Position numbers and translations under genes: made by a program. The notes beneath the pieces were generated by a model that was not told the origin of the DNA, made no database searches, and was given only the letters and a program-made list of their open reading frames with translations. Below, one piece after another: positions 1 through 10,041 of a stretch of DNA of 64,000 nt (position 1 is the stretch's first letter; each line of letters begins with the position of its first letter). The DNA is from Pelagibacterales bacterium SAG-MED37 (GTDB lineage Bacteria; Pseudomonadota; Alphaproteobacteria; Pelagibacterales; Pelagibacteraceae). The stretch spans positions 47,103-111,102 of the forward strand of contig JACWEG010000003.1 of NCBI GenBank assembly GCA_014653605.1, in the 5' to 3' direction.

Positions 1-408
1 TTTTATGTAATTTCACAAAGTGAAAAAAATTTATCTTATGATTTATTTGAGTCAAAATTTCTAAATATAAACTTGGTTTGGAATGAAGGAATTGCTTTTG
101 GTCTACTTTCATTTGATAAAAACCATCTATATAACTTATTAACAATTCTAATAATAGTTTTGATTATCATAATTTTTTTTATGATTTTAAAAAGTAAAGG
201 TTTAAAAAAATACTCATTATTAATGGTATTAGGTGGTGCCTTGGGTAATCTTTATGACCGAATATATTTTAAAGCTGTACCGGACTTTATAGACTTTCAT
301 ATTGGAAATTTTCATTGGTTTATTTTCAATGTATCAGATATATTCATTTCCTTAGGAGTATTATTTTTGATTTCTTTAGAATTAATTAATAACAAAAAAG
401 AAAAATAG
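1..408 (+). CDS. lspA: Lipoprotein signal peptidase II (5'-truncated by window edge)
   Basis: Frame is open from base 1; motifs WNEGIAFG, GGALGNLYDR, VPDFID, FNVSD. Confidence 0.95.
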   Translation, partial: FYVISQSEKNLSYDLFESKFLNINLVWNEGIAFGLLSFDKNHLYNLLTILIIVLIIIIFFMILKSKGLKKYSLLMVLGGALGNLYDRIYFKAVPDFIDFHIGNFHWFIFNVSDIFISLGVLFLISLELINNKKEK

Positions 409-409
409 G

Positions 410-736
410 ATGGAAAAAATTAGTAAATTATTAATACTTTCAATCTTTATAATAACACTTAATTCTTGTGGATCTATCAAGGAGGGTTTTAGTTCTCAAA
501 AAAAAAATAGTACTGATGAGTTTTTAGTAAAAAAAAAATCCCCATTAGTAATGCCACCTGAATTTGATGAATTACCTATTCCAGGAACTGACAATCAAAA
601 ACAAAAAAATGATGAAAATTCAGAAATAAAATCTTTAATCACTGGCTCAGAAAATAAATCTTCTAAGTCTCAAAATACTTCAAATCAAAATTCTACTTTC
701 GAAAATTCAATCCTAGAAAAAATCAAAAGTAATTAA
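410..736 (+). CDS. DUF3035-like lipoprotein
   Basis: Lipobox LNSC; DEFLVKKKSPLVMPPEFDELPIP motif; usual position after lspA in alphaproteobacteria. Confidence 0.8.
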   Translation: MEKISKLLILSIFIITLNSCGSIKEGFSSQKKNSTDEFLVKKKSPLVMPPEFDELPIPGTDNQKQKNDENSEIKSLITGSENKSSKSQNTSNQNSTFENSILEKIKSN

Positions 737-1890
737 TGATAACATCTGGAATTTTCTTTAAAAATTTTAAATTAAAAAAAAAATCATTAGAAATAAAAAA
801 AAAAATAGAAAAATTTATAATAGAAAATGATCCTATAGCTCAGTCCTTAAAAAAAGATTACCAAGATTCTTTTAAAAAAAAAGGACTTAAAAAATATAAA
901 AGTTTTAAAAATATTAGAGTTATAGGAATGGGCGGTTCATCATTAGGAACTCAGGCGATTTATGATTTTTTAAAATATAAGATTAAAAAAAATTTTATTT
1001 TCATAAATAATTTAAGTCCTAAATTAAAAAAAGAAAATAATAAAAAAATTTTAAATTTGATTGTCTCAAAGTCTGGTAATACAATTGAAACAATAGTAAA
1101 TTCGAATATCCTTGTAAAAAAAAAAGATAAAAATATTTTTATTACTAAAAATCAAAATAATTATCTTCATTTACTTGCTCAAAAACTTAAAGCAGAAATT
1201 ATTCACCACAACAATTATATTGGAGGTAGATATTCTGTATTGTCAGAGGTAGGAATGCTTCCTGCAGAATTAATGGGACTTGATTCAAAAAAATTTAGAC
1301 AATTTAATAATCTTATAGAAAATAAAAGATATTTAAATGCTCTAATTTCAAATGTAAGCTCTACTCTTTATTTCATTAAAAAAAAAAAATTTAATTCAGT
1401 GATCATTAATTATGATGAACAATCAGAAAATATATTTAATTGGTATCAGCAATTAGTGGCAGAAAGCTTAGGTAAAAAAAACAAGGGATTATTACCAATT
1501 ATATCAACCATGCCCAAGGACAATCATAGTGTAATGCAACTTTATTTAGATGGTTTTAAAAATAACTTTTTTACTTTCTTTTATGTTAATGAAAAAAATT
1601 CTACAAAAATAATTAATAAGGATATTTTAAGTTCGTATAATTTTATTAAAAATAAAAGTGTTCACAATATTACTTTTGCCCAAAAAAAAGCTACTGAAAA
1701 TATCTTTAAAAAAAAAAAAATACCGTTTAGAAGTTTTGAAATTAAAAAAAGAGATGAAAAAACCTTAGGAGAGTTGTTTTGTTTCTTTATGCTAGAAACA
1801 ATTTTATTAGGTAAAGCTTTAAAAGTTAACCCTTATGATCAGCCAGCAGTTGAGACAATTAAAAAAGAAACAAGAAAGATATTAACTTAA
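736..1890 (+). CDS. pgi: Glucose-6-phosphate isomerase, compact form
   Basis: GMGGSSLG, SKSGNTIET, GGRYSVLS, QLVAESLGK, DNHS, DQPAVE..K motifs. Confidence 0.9.
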   Translation: MITSGIFFKNFKLKKKSLEIKKKIEKFIIENDPIAQSLKKDYQDSFKKKGLKKYKSFKNIRVIGMGGSSLGTQAIYDFLKYKIKKNFIFINNLSPKLKKENNKKILNLIVSKSGNTIETIVNSNILVKKKDKNIFITKNQNNYLHLLAQKLKAEIIHHNNYIGGRYSVLSEVGMLPAELMGLDSKKFRQFNNLIENKRYLNALISNVSSTLYFIKKKKFNSVIINYDEQSENIFNWYQQLVAESLGKKNKGLLPIISTMPKDNHSVMQLYLDGFKNNFFTFFYVNEKNSTKIINKDILSSYNFIKNKSVHNITFAQKKATENIFKKKKIPFRSFEIKKRDEKTLGELFCFFMLETILLGKALKVNPYDQPAVETIKKETRKILT

Positions 1891-2445
1891 CTTACAAAAT
1901 AAAATTTTAGATATTCCATATTTTTTTTCAACTACAATTCTTAATTTTTTTGTAAACTGATCTTCTTCTTTTTTATGTCTATGTATTATGATAATCCCAT
2001 CATTACTTAGAATTCTGTCTTTAGAAATTTGATCAATAATAATTGGTAATTTTTTTTCTCTGTATGGAGGATCTAAAAAAATAATATTACATTTATTTGT
2101 TATCTTTTTAAAATTGATTTTATTTAATATATTTTCATCTATAACCTGGTAATTTCCATCTGTTTCAAGATTTGATAAATTTTTTTTTAATATTGGCAAA
2201 ACACCACTATAGTTCTCCACAAAAGTCACATATTTAGCACCTCTTGATAAACACTCTAGACCAAAAGATCCAACACCAGAAAATAAGTCTAAAATTATTG
2301 AGTTTTCAATGTTTATCGAAAATTTATTTGAATGCTTTAATACGTTAAAAATTGACTCTTTAGTTAAGTCTTTCAAAGGTCTCGTTTTCTTATCTTGTGG
2401 GTCTAAAATTTTTTTACCCTTAAAATTTCCACCTATAATTCTCAT
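1882..2445 (-). CDS. rsmD: 16S rRNA m2G966 methyltransferase
   Basis: MRIIGG..TRP, DLFSGVGSFGLECLSRGA, FLDPPY. Confidence 0.95.
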   Translation of the reverse strand: MRIIGGNFKGKKILDPQDKKTRPLKDLTKESIFNVLKHSNKFSINIENSIILDLFSGVGSFGLECLSRGAKYVTFVENYSGVLPILKKNLSNLETDGNYQVIDENILNKINFKKITNKCNIIFLDPPYREKKLPIIIDQISKDRILSNDGIIIIHRHKKEEDQFTKKLRIVVEKKYGISKILFCKLS

Positions 2446-3707
2446 TCATCAATAACTTTGTATCCAATATCTTTTCTATAAAATCCACCTGGCCAATTAA
2501 GATTATTTATTAGTCTGTAAATATTATTTCTAGCCTCAGAAAAATTATCAGATAGTGAGACAAAATTAAGTACTCTTCCTCCATTTGATAAAATGGTATT
2601 ATGTTTAAATATAGTACCTGCATGAAACAAAAAATCATTTGGCTTAAGATCTATTAGATCTATATTTTTAATTTCAATGTTTTTTTTGTAAGTATCTGGA
2701 TAACCTTTTGAACACATTACGATACATAAGCTTTTTTTATTATTCCATTTAATTTTAATTTGTTTCAATTGATTTTCACAACAAGAATTTAAAATATCAA
2801 ACAAGTCAGTATCTAGTTTTGGAAGTAAAGTTTGACACTCAGGATCTCCCATTCTTACATTATATTCAATCAAAAAAGGCTCATTATTAATTATCATTAG
2901 TCCAGCATATAAAAAACCTTTATAGACAGTTCCGAGATCTTTAATTGCTTTTAAAGTTGGATTTATAATTTTATCTGAAATTTTTTTTTCTAATTCGTTA
3001 TTTATTAATCTTGATGGGGAATACGCTCCCATACCACCGGTATTTTTTCCTTTATCTCCTTCCAAAACTCTCTTATGATCTTGAGCAGTTCCAAAGTTTT
3101 GATAACTATCACCGTCACTTATAATAAAAAAACTCATTTCCTCACCTTTTAAAAATTCCTCAATAAGCACATTCTTTGCTTTACCAAATTTACCATCAAA
3201 TATTTCTTTTATCGCTTCAAGTGATTGTTTTTTATTTTCACATATATAAACTCCTTTACCAGAGGCTAAATTATCTGCTTTTATCACTATAGGGAATTTT
3301 GATTTATCTAGAAATTTATTTGACTCAGTCTCATTTTCAAACACGCCAAAATTGGCAGTAGGTATATTATATTTTTTACAAATGTTTTTTGTAAAAATTT
3401 TGGAACCTTCTAATTGTGAAGCTATTTTATTAGGACCAAAAACTTTTATTTTAAACTTTTCTAAATAGTCTGTTATACCATCTACTAGTGGTTGCTCTGG
3501 CCCAATAACAACGAGATAAATCTCTTCGGCTAAAATAAAATCCTTTAATTTTCGAAAATTATCTAACTGCAAATCTATATTTTCAGCAATCAATGAAGTC
3601 CCAGCGTTTCCAGGAAAACAATATATTTTATTCACTTTTTTTGATTTACTTAAAGCTTGACAAATTGCGTGCTCTCTTCCACCACTTCCTATAATCCCAA
3701 CTTTCAT
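2442..3707 (-). CDS. purD: Phosphoribosylamine-glycine ligase
   Basis: GSGGREHA, GPEQPL, QDHKR, NTGGMGAY, EYNVRMGDPE. Confidence 0.98.
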   Translation of the reverse strand: MKVGIIGSGGREHAICQALSKSKKVNKIYCFPGNAGTSLIAENIDLQLDNFRKLKDFILAEEIYLVVIGPEQPLVDGITDYLEKFKIKVFGPNKIASQLEGSKIFTKNICKKYNIPTANFGVFENETESNKFLDKSKFPIVIKADNLASGKGVYICENKKQSLEAIKEIFDGKFGKAKNVLIEEFLKGEEMSFFIISDGDSYQNFGTAQDHKRVLEGDKGKNTGGMGAYSPSRLINNELEKKISDKIINPTLKAIKDLGTVYKGFLYAGLMIINNEPFLIEYNVRMGDPECQTLLPKLDTDLFDILNSCCENQLKQIKIKWNNKKSLCIVMCSKGYPDTYKKNIEIKNIDLIDLKPNDFLFHAGTIFKHNTILSNGGRVLNFVSLSDNFSEARNNIYRLINNLNWPGGFYRKDIGYKVIDE

Positions 3708-3728
3708 GTATAAATATATAAACTATAA

Positions 3729-3926
3729 ATGAATAAAAAATTAGCAAAAATAAAATATTTACCCAATAATTTTAAAATTATAGAGCAAGGTGATTACGTG
3801 ATATGTGCTGTTTCAGGAAAAAAGATAAGTCTTGAAAATTTAAATTATTGGAATGTAGATCTTCAGGAGCCTTACTATTCATATGTTGAGGCATCAAAAA
3901 AAAAGGAGGAGTTACAGAAAAATTAG
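3729..3926 (+). CDS. DUF2093-family small protein
   Basis: GDYVICAVSGKKISL..LNYWNVDLQEPY pattern. Confidence 0.8.
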   Translation: MNKKLAKIKYLPNNFKIIEQGDYVICAVSGKKISLENLNYWNVDLQEPYYSYVEASKKKEELQKN

Positions 3927-3927
3927 A

Positions 3928-4788
3928 CTATTTCCACCTATTGTGAGACCAAATCCAATGATTTGGACTATCTAATATCATCCTCTCAAGTATTTTGTTT
4001 AATTGCCCAGTAATATCGTCTGTAGAGCTTTTATCTGGAAAATATATTGGATTATGTACTCTAATTCTAAACTTTATTCCATCAAATCGTTCAATAAAAA
4101 TAGGCACAACAGGGATATTAAATTTTTTTACTAATTGTGCAGGAATTGTAGTAGTAAAAGCCTTTTCATTAAAAAAATTTAACCTTGAACCTTGAGTTAC
4201 CCTTTGGTCAATCATTAGAGCTGTAGAGTAACCTTCTTTATTAAGCTTTAATAAATCCTTTAAGCCTCCAATGCCTTTTTTAATTTGATTTTTACATATA
4301 TATCTTTTTCTTATCCTTTCCATTATTTTATTTAGAAAAACATTATTTAAAGGTCTGTATACTGCAGCAATTTTAATTCCCATTTTTTCTAGTTGCATTG
4401 CCATTAATTCAAAATTACTAAAATGACCTGAAATAAATACGACTTTTTCATTATTTTTTTTTATCTCATCGAGTATTTCTTTTCCTTCAACAATAATATT
4501 ATTATTAAGATTAGTAATCCTAAAATTTTTTATAAAGACATATTCTGCAAATACTCTTCCATAGTTATCCCACATTGCTGAAGTTAATTCGTTAATTTTT
4601 TTTTGATCTATATTTGGAAATGCTTTCATTATATTGTGATGAATTAATTTTTTTGACCTAAAAAAAGGACCAATAATCTGAAAAATTTTACCCCCTATAT
4701 ATGAAGATAACCTAAGACCTAACACTTTGAAAATGAAAAACAATGTAATTACTATTAAAAACTGAAAAAAATATTTTATTTTATTCAT
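3928..4788 (-). CDS. lpxL: Lipid A late acyltransferase (LpxL/HtrB family)
   Basis: HFSNFE (H-x4-E) motif, DQ, WIWSHNRWK C-terminus; in lipid A cluster. Confidence 0.88.
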   Translation of the reverse strand: MNKIKYFFQFLIVITLFFIFKVLGLRLSSYIGGKIFQIIGPFFRSKKLIHHNIMKAFPNIDQKKINELTSAMWDNYGRVFAEYVFIKNFRITNLNNNIIVEGKEILDEIKKNNEKVVFISGHFSNFELMAMQLEKMGIKIAAVYRPLNNVFLNKIMERIRKRYICKNQIKKGIGGLKDLLKLNKEGYSTALMIDQRVTQGSRLNFFNEKAFTTTIPAQLVKKFNIPVVPIFIERFDGIKFRIRVHNPIYFPDKSSTDDITGQLNKILERMILDSPNHWIWSHNRWK

Positions 4789-5725
4789 ATAACTTTGATA
4801 TTAATTTAAAAAATTTTTCTTCATTTATAATTTTTAATTCACTTTTAATATATTTTATTTCATGAATTTGATTTTCATCTAATTTAATAAAATCTTTTTC
4901 GGTAGTGATAATGTTACAATTCAGCTTTTTTGAAATATTATTAATCTTTTCAATATCATTTTTTGAATAATCATAATGATCAGGAAATTCTAGGTCTTCA
5001 ACGATATCTAAACCATAAATTTTAAGCATAGATATGAATGTTTTGTGATTTCCAATTCCAGAAAAAGCTAGATATTTTTCTTTTTTTTCAAACTCATTTA
5101 TATTCAAGGGAATATACTTTGCTTCATAAATATTAATATTTGGATCAATATTTAAAATATAATTTTTTATATTTTCTGTGTTTTCCCCATTTCCAGTCAG
5201 AAATACATTGTTATACTTTTTTAATTTTTGTAAATTTTCCCTTAGAGGCCCAGATGGAATAGTTAACCCATTACCAATCCAATTAATATTATTAAAACAA
5301 ACAAATTCCAAGTCATAATTTAAAGATAGGTCTTGGAGGCCATCATCAAAAAGTGCAATTTTATAATTTTCATTTACAGCCTCCTCAGTGGAATTTATTC
5401 TTTTTTTATGTTTAAAGAGCTTGCCGTTATTCTCTAATATTTTTTGTTCATCTAATTGATCTTTATAGTATTTCTTAATAAAGCAGCTTCTTATATTTGC
5501 TTTATTTAATAGTTCATTGATTTTAAGGCACAGAGATGTTTTTCCAGTACCTCCCAAATAAATGTTTCCAACACATATAGTTTTTATAGAAGAGTATTTT
5601 TTTTTATTTTTAATTTTTGTTCTTAAATAATTTACAAGTTTTATAACAACTGATATTGGCCAGAGTAAATATGCGCTGACATTTGGTTTTTCATAATCCC
5701 AAAATTCGGGTTTTTTAAATTTCAT
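4781..5725 (-). CDS. lpxK: Tetraacyldisaccharide 4'-kinase
   Basis: VGNIYLGGTGKT, DDGLQD, PSGPLRE, FPDH, TTEKD. Confidence 0.95.
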   Translation of the reverse strand: MKFKKPEFWDYEKPNVSAYLLWPISVVIKLVNYLRTKIKNKKKYSSIKTICVGNIYLGGTGKTSLCLKINELLNKANIRSCFIKKYYKDQLDEQKILENNGKLFKHKKRINSTEEAVNENYKIALFDDGLQDLSLNYDLEFVCFNNINWIGNGLTIPSGPLRENLQKLKKYNNVFLTGNGENTENIKNYILNIDPNINIYEAKYIPLNINEFEKKEKYLAFSGIGNHKTFISMLKIYGLDIVEDLEFPDHYDYSKNDIEKINNISKKLNCNIITTEKDFIKLDENQIHEIKYIKSELKIINEEKFFKLISKLYE

Positions 5726-6986
5726 TATTGATAGATTTATCTAATTCTTTTAAGGTTTTTTTAAGAATTGTTCTACCTAAGGCTTCCATTTTTTTTACTT
5801 TCTTCATATTTTTCTTAAATATTGTTGAATTTGCACATTCTATCACAGAATTTACTTTAGAGGATATTTTCAAAGTATTTAAGTATTCATAGACTTCTTT
5901 AAAATTGTCTACATTAGGTCCGTGTAATATTTTTGCTCCAAAACGAGCAGGTTCTAAAGGATTTTGTCCACCGCCCCCAAGACTTACCAGATCTTCCTTT
6001 TTAATTATTGATTTACCTAAAAAGACTGTAGTGGCTATTTTATAGAATTTTTTCGACTCTCCAAAGGTATCGACAATGAAAATATCTATATTTTTTAATT
6101 TTTTATTTTTTGAACTACGCAAAACTGTATTAAGTTTAAATTCTTTCATTTGGTTAGCTATCTGATTTACTCTACCAATATATCTAGGAATAATTATAGT
6201 AATTAAGTTTTTATTTTTCTTTTTTAATAGAATATGAGTTTTAGCAGCAAAAATTTCTTCAGAGTTATGAGTGCTGGCTGCAACGAATGTTTTATATTTT
6301 TTAAACTGTGAAAATAATTTTTTATCAATTTTATCATATTTTGCATCGTCGTTTTTGATAAATTTAATATTGCCAATTGATTTAATATTTTTAACTTTAA
6401 ATTTTTTTAAAAATTTTTTAGTTTCCAGATTTTGTGGGTAGGCAATATCTATCAAGTCAAAAATTGACTCTGAAAAACTTTTAATTAGCGACCATTGATT
6501 AGAGGTCTTTTGTGTTATTCTTGCATTTAATAATATCAAAGGAATACCTTTAATTTTAATAGACCTAAACATACTTGGCCAAATCTCAGATTCTATAAAG
6601 ATTGCCGCACTAGGTTTCCAATAATCTAAAAATTTATTTGAAAAAAAAAAATGGTCTATAGGATAAAATTGATGAACAGTTTTCTTGAATTTAATTTTAG
6701 TTAATATTTTAGAAGAACTTAGAGTACTTGATGTTATTAATATTTTATTTATAGATTTATCTTTATCATATCTTTTAATAATTGGGATTATGCTCATTAT
6801 TTCACCAACACTAGAGCCATGAAACCAAATAAGTTTACCATTACCTCTTAATTTGGATGGAAGACAAAATTTTTCTTTTACTCTAAGTTTATCCTCTTTA
6901 TTTTTTAATATCCTATAAAGAATAATGAGTGGCGAAAAGATTAATAATATTGAAGTAAATAGTTGATAAATAAAAAAAATCATCAC
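5715..6986 (-). CDS. waaA: Kdo transferase
   Basis: WFHGSSVGE, ESEIWP, NARI, ASTH, GGQNPLEPA. Confidence 0.95.
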   Translation of the reverse strand: MMIFFIYQLFTSILLIFSPLIILYRILKNKEDKLRVKEKFCLPSKLRGNGKLIWFHGSSVGEIMSIIPIIKRYDKDKSINKILITSSTLSSSKILTKIKFKKTVHQFYPIDHFFFSNKFLDYWKPSAAIFIESEIWPSMFRSIKIKGIPLILLNARITQKTSNQWSLIKSFSESIFDLIDIAYPQNLETKKFLKKFKVKNIKSIGNIKFIKNDDAKYDKIDKKLFSQFKKYKTFVAASTHNSEEIFAAKTHILLKKKNKNLITIIIPRYIGRVNQIANQMKEFKLNTVLRSSKNKKLKNIDIFIVDTFGESKKFYKIATTVFLGKSIIKKEDLVSLGGGGQNPLEPARFGAKILHGPNVDNFKEVYEYLNTLKISSKVNSVIECANSTIFKKNMKKVKKMEALGRTILKKTLKELDKSINNEI

Positions 6987-8722
6987 CTCTGAATTTGTTT
7001 ATCATGGAAATTTTTATAAATTTCAGATTTAGCTAAAAGTTCTTCATGTTTTCCATTTCCAACTACTTTTCCTGAGTCTATAACGTATATATTATTAGAG
7101 TTTAGAATTGTTGAAAGTCTATGAGCAATTACAATTGTAGTTTTATCTTTGGTTAAAATTTTTAATGCTTCTTGAATTTTTGTTTCTGTTTCAGAATCTA
7201 AGGATGAGGTCGCTTCATCTAAAAGTATTATAGAACTTTTTTTAAGCATCGCTCTAGCTATAGAAATTCTTTGTTTTTCTCCCCCAGATAATCTTACTCC
7301 ATCTTCTCCAATTAAGGTCTCATATTTTCTTGGAAGCTTATTTATAAATTCATCCGAAAATGATAATTTTGCTGCCTTATATATTTCTTCTTCAGATGCA
7401 TTTAAATTTGCATATTTTATATTATTTTTAATGGTATCGTCAAATAAAGTAGTTTCTTGACTAACTAATGAGATATTATTTCTTAAAGACTCAATTGTTA
7501 TATTGTAAATAGATTGGTTATCAATTTGAATATCACCTTTAATACGATCATAAAATCTTGGAATTAAATTAAGAATAGTGGATTTACCAGAGCCACTATG
7601 ACCTACTAAAGAGGTCATTTTTCCTCCTTCAAAATATAAATTTAAATTTTTTAAGACTTCACCATCAGATTTTTTATAACTAAATACTACGTCTTTAAAA
7701 TTTATATTTGCATTATCAATATTGATATCTTTTGCGTTCTCAGCATTCTTTATTAAATTTTTTGTGTCTATAACAGGCAGTATTCTACCAGCAGCTGAAA
7801 GCCCTTGGTTCACAATAATATTAAGAGTAGATAAAGACCTAACTGGTTGATATGCTAGCATCATCGCTGCAAGAAATGAAAAAAAATTGTTTACACTGAG
7901 TTCTTCACTAGCAATTAATTTTCCAGAATAAAAAATTAAAACTGCAATCATAATTCCAGTTAAAATTTCCATTATTGGAGAAATTCTCACTATTACTATT
8001 CCAATCTTCTTATTCTTCTCTTTTAACTGATTTAGATATTCATTAGCTCTAATAGTTTCATATTTCTCTTTTTGGAAAATTTTGGTTAATTTATGATTTT
8101 TGAATAATTCAACTAAAAATCTTGTTAGAAAACCAGACTTTTCTTGGGCCTCAGTTGTTACTTTACCCATTCTTTTTCCTAAAGTTCTTGCTGCAGTGCT
8201 TGCTATTGGTATTAATATTATTGCAATTAAAGATAGCTTCCAGTTTTGGAAAAACATCACCGTAAGTAAACCAACTAAAGTTAAACTATCCTTAAAAAGA
8301 TTTAAAATTCCATTACTTAGCAAATTAGTTATATGAAGAACGTCATAGGTAAGATTAGATATGAATTTACCAGAATGCTTTTCATCGATTGACTGGGTAT
8401 CTGCATTTATTAAAGTTCCTAACATATCAATTTGAAGCTTTTTCTTAATCTCCTCAGCTACATTTATCATCATAACTTTAGCTAAATAGAGGGATACACC
8501 CTTAGTTGTAAAAGCAACAATTATTAAAAAAGGAATTATTATTAGTAGAGACTGATCTTTTTGAATAAATATTTTATCAATTGCTGGATCTAAAAGCCAA
8601 GCAATCGACGATGTGCTTCCTGCAACTAAAACAGAAAAGAATATAGCCAATAGAATTTGCTTCATATACTTTTTGGTATAATCTTTATAAAGTCTTTTAA
8701 AAATTTTCGTTTTATTCATCAA
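6983..8722 (-). CDS. msbA: Lipid A flippase ABC transporter
   Basis: TM domain plus Walker A GHSGSGKST, LSGGEKQR, DEATS; adjacent to waaA/lpxK. Confidence 0.88.
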   Translation of the reverse strand: MMNKTKIFKRLYKDYTKKYMKQILLAIFFSVLVAGSTSSIAWLLDPAIDKIFIQKDQSLLIIIPFLIIVAFTTKGVSLYLAKVMMINVAEEIKKKLQIDMLGTLINADTQSIDEKHSGKFISNLTYDVLHITNLLSNGILNLFKDSLTLVGLLTVMFFQNWKLSLIAIILIPIASTAARTLGKRMGKVTTEAQEKSGFLTRFLVELFKNHKLTKIFQKEKYETIRANEYLNQLKEKNKKIGIVIVRISPIMEILTGIMIAVLIFYSGKLIASEELSVNNFFSFLAAMMLAYQPVRSLSTLNIIVNQGLSAAGRILPVIDTKNLIKNAENAKDINIDNANINFKDVVFSYKKSDGEVLKNLNLYFEGGKMTSLVGHSGSGKSTILNLIPRFYDRIKGDIQIDNQSIYNITIESLRNNISLVSQETTLFDDTIKNNIKYANLNASEEEIYKAAKLSFSDEFINKLPRKYETLIGEDGVRLSGGEKQRISIARAMLKKSSIILLDEATSSLDSETETKIQEALKILTKDKTTIVIAHRLSTILNSNNIYVIDSGKVVGNGKHEELLAKSEIYKNFHDKQIQR

Positions 8723-9585
8723 AGAGCTTTGCCTATAAATATGTTAATTAATAATATAAATCCTAAATAATTATTACTTTTAAAAATCTTCAAACATGTA
8801 ATTGGTTTTTTTATATTGAATATTTTAATTTGATAAAAAAATAAATGTATTAATGGAATTGCCAAAGATAAAAAATAAAATAAATTAAACCCCATAAAAT
8901 ATCCACCTAAAGAAAACGAAATTATTAAAATCAAATAACATAATATTAAAAATAATTTTGCTGTGCCCTTAAATTTTATTGAAGTTGATTTTAAACCTAT
9001 TATTTCGTCATCTTTTATATCTTGAAATCCGTAAACTGTGTCGTAACCTAGTGTCCAAAATATGGCTCCAAAATAAAAAATTATTGGAATCATATCAAGT
9101 TGACCTGAAATTGATGTCCAGCCCAATATTAGTCCATAATTGAATGTGATACCTAAAAATAATTGTGGCCAATAAGTATATCTTTTCATTAATGGATAGG
9201 TGAAAGCTAAAGGCATTGATCCTAATGCAATTATAATTGTAAAATAATTAAAATTTATTAAAATAAGAAAAGCAAAAAAACATAAAGTGATCGTATAAAA
9301 AAATCCTAAATGAACAGAAATTTTTCCTGATGCAATAGGTCTATTTTTTGTTCTAGAAACTTTTTTATCAAATTTTCTATCCAAAATATCATTAACTATA
9401 CAACCCGCAGATCTCATTAAGATAGCTCCTAGAAAAAAAAGAATTAAATAAAAAAAATATTTATCTAAACTTTCAGAAAAATTATAAACCAGGGTTAAAC
9501 CCCATGCACATGGCCAAAAAAGTAACATATAACCTATTGGCTTTTTAAGCCTTGTGAGCTCAACAAATAAGTTTAATTGGTTCAT
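8719..9585 (-). CDS. ubiA: 4-hydroxybenzoate polyprenyltransferase
   Basis: RSAGCIVNDILDRKFD..RTKNRP, YPLMKR, YDTVYGFQDIKDD. Confidence 0.96.
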   Translation of the reverse strand: MNQLNLFVELTRLKKPIGYMLLFWPCAWGLTLVYNFSESLDKYFFYLILFFLGAILMRSAGCIVNDILDRKFDKKVSRTKNRPIASGKISVHLGFFYTITLCFFAFLILINFNYFTIIIALGSMPLAFTYPLMKRYTYWPQLFLGITFNYGLILGWTSISGQLDMIPIIFYFGAIFWTLGYDTVYGFQDIKDDEIIGLKSTSIKFKGTAKLFLILCYLILIISFSLGGYFMGFNLFYFLSLAIPLIHLFFYQIKIFNIKKPITCLKIFKSNNYLGFILLINIFIGKAL

Positions 9586-9594
9586 AAATTTTAC

Positions 9595-9623
9595 TTGTAA
9601 ATAACAAAGGCAGGATTGATAAT
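9595..9623 (+). promoter_or_regulatory. Putative sigma70 promoter for the DUF2721 gene
   Basis: TTGTAA (9595-9600), 17 nt, GATAAT (9618-9623). Confidence 0.35.
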
Positions 9624-9636
9624 CAAATTGATTCGT

Positions 9637-10041
9637 ATGAATATAGATTACACAGTTACTGCATTAATGTTTCCAGCCATTCCTTTATTGATGGGGGTTT
9701 ATAGTAATCGATTTCACTCGCTAAGTATATTGATTAGACAGCTTCACGACGAACATGTTTATGAAAAACATATTCCAGCAGAATGGAAAAAACAATTTAT
9801 CAATTTAAGTACAAGAATCACTCTTTTAAGATGGACAATCTTATTTGCGGCTTTTGGCTTTTTATTTAATATGCTTACTGTATTTGCACTTTACTTAGCT
9901 GAAGTTTTTATGGCAAGAGTAATTTTTGGCTCTTGCTGTTTGTCCATGATTATTTCAATAATTTTTTTCATTCGAGAAATCCATATTTCCACAAATGCTC
10001 TTAAGCTACATATGTCAGATATGGATGTTAGTGTTGATTAA
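9637..10041 (+). CDS. DUF2721-like membrane protein
   Basis: ATG at 9637 preferred over TTG at 9616; FPAIPLL..YSNRF..L..LIRQLH and EIHISTNAL patterns; about 3 TM helices. Confidence 0.7.
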   Translation: MNIDYTVTALMFPAIPLLMGVYSNRFHSLSILIRQLHDEHVYEKHIPAEWKKQFINLSTRITLLRWTILFAAFGFLFNMLTVFALYLAEVFMARVIFGSCCLSMIISIIFFIREIHISTNALKLHMSDMDVSVD

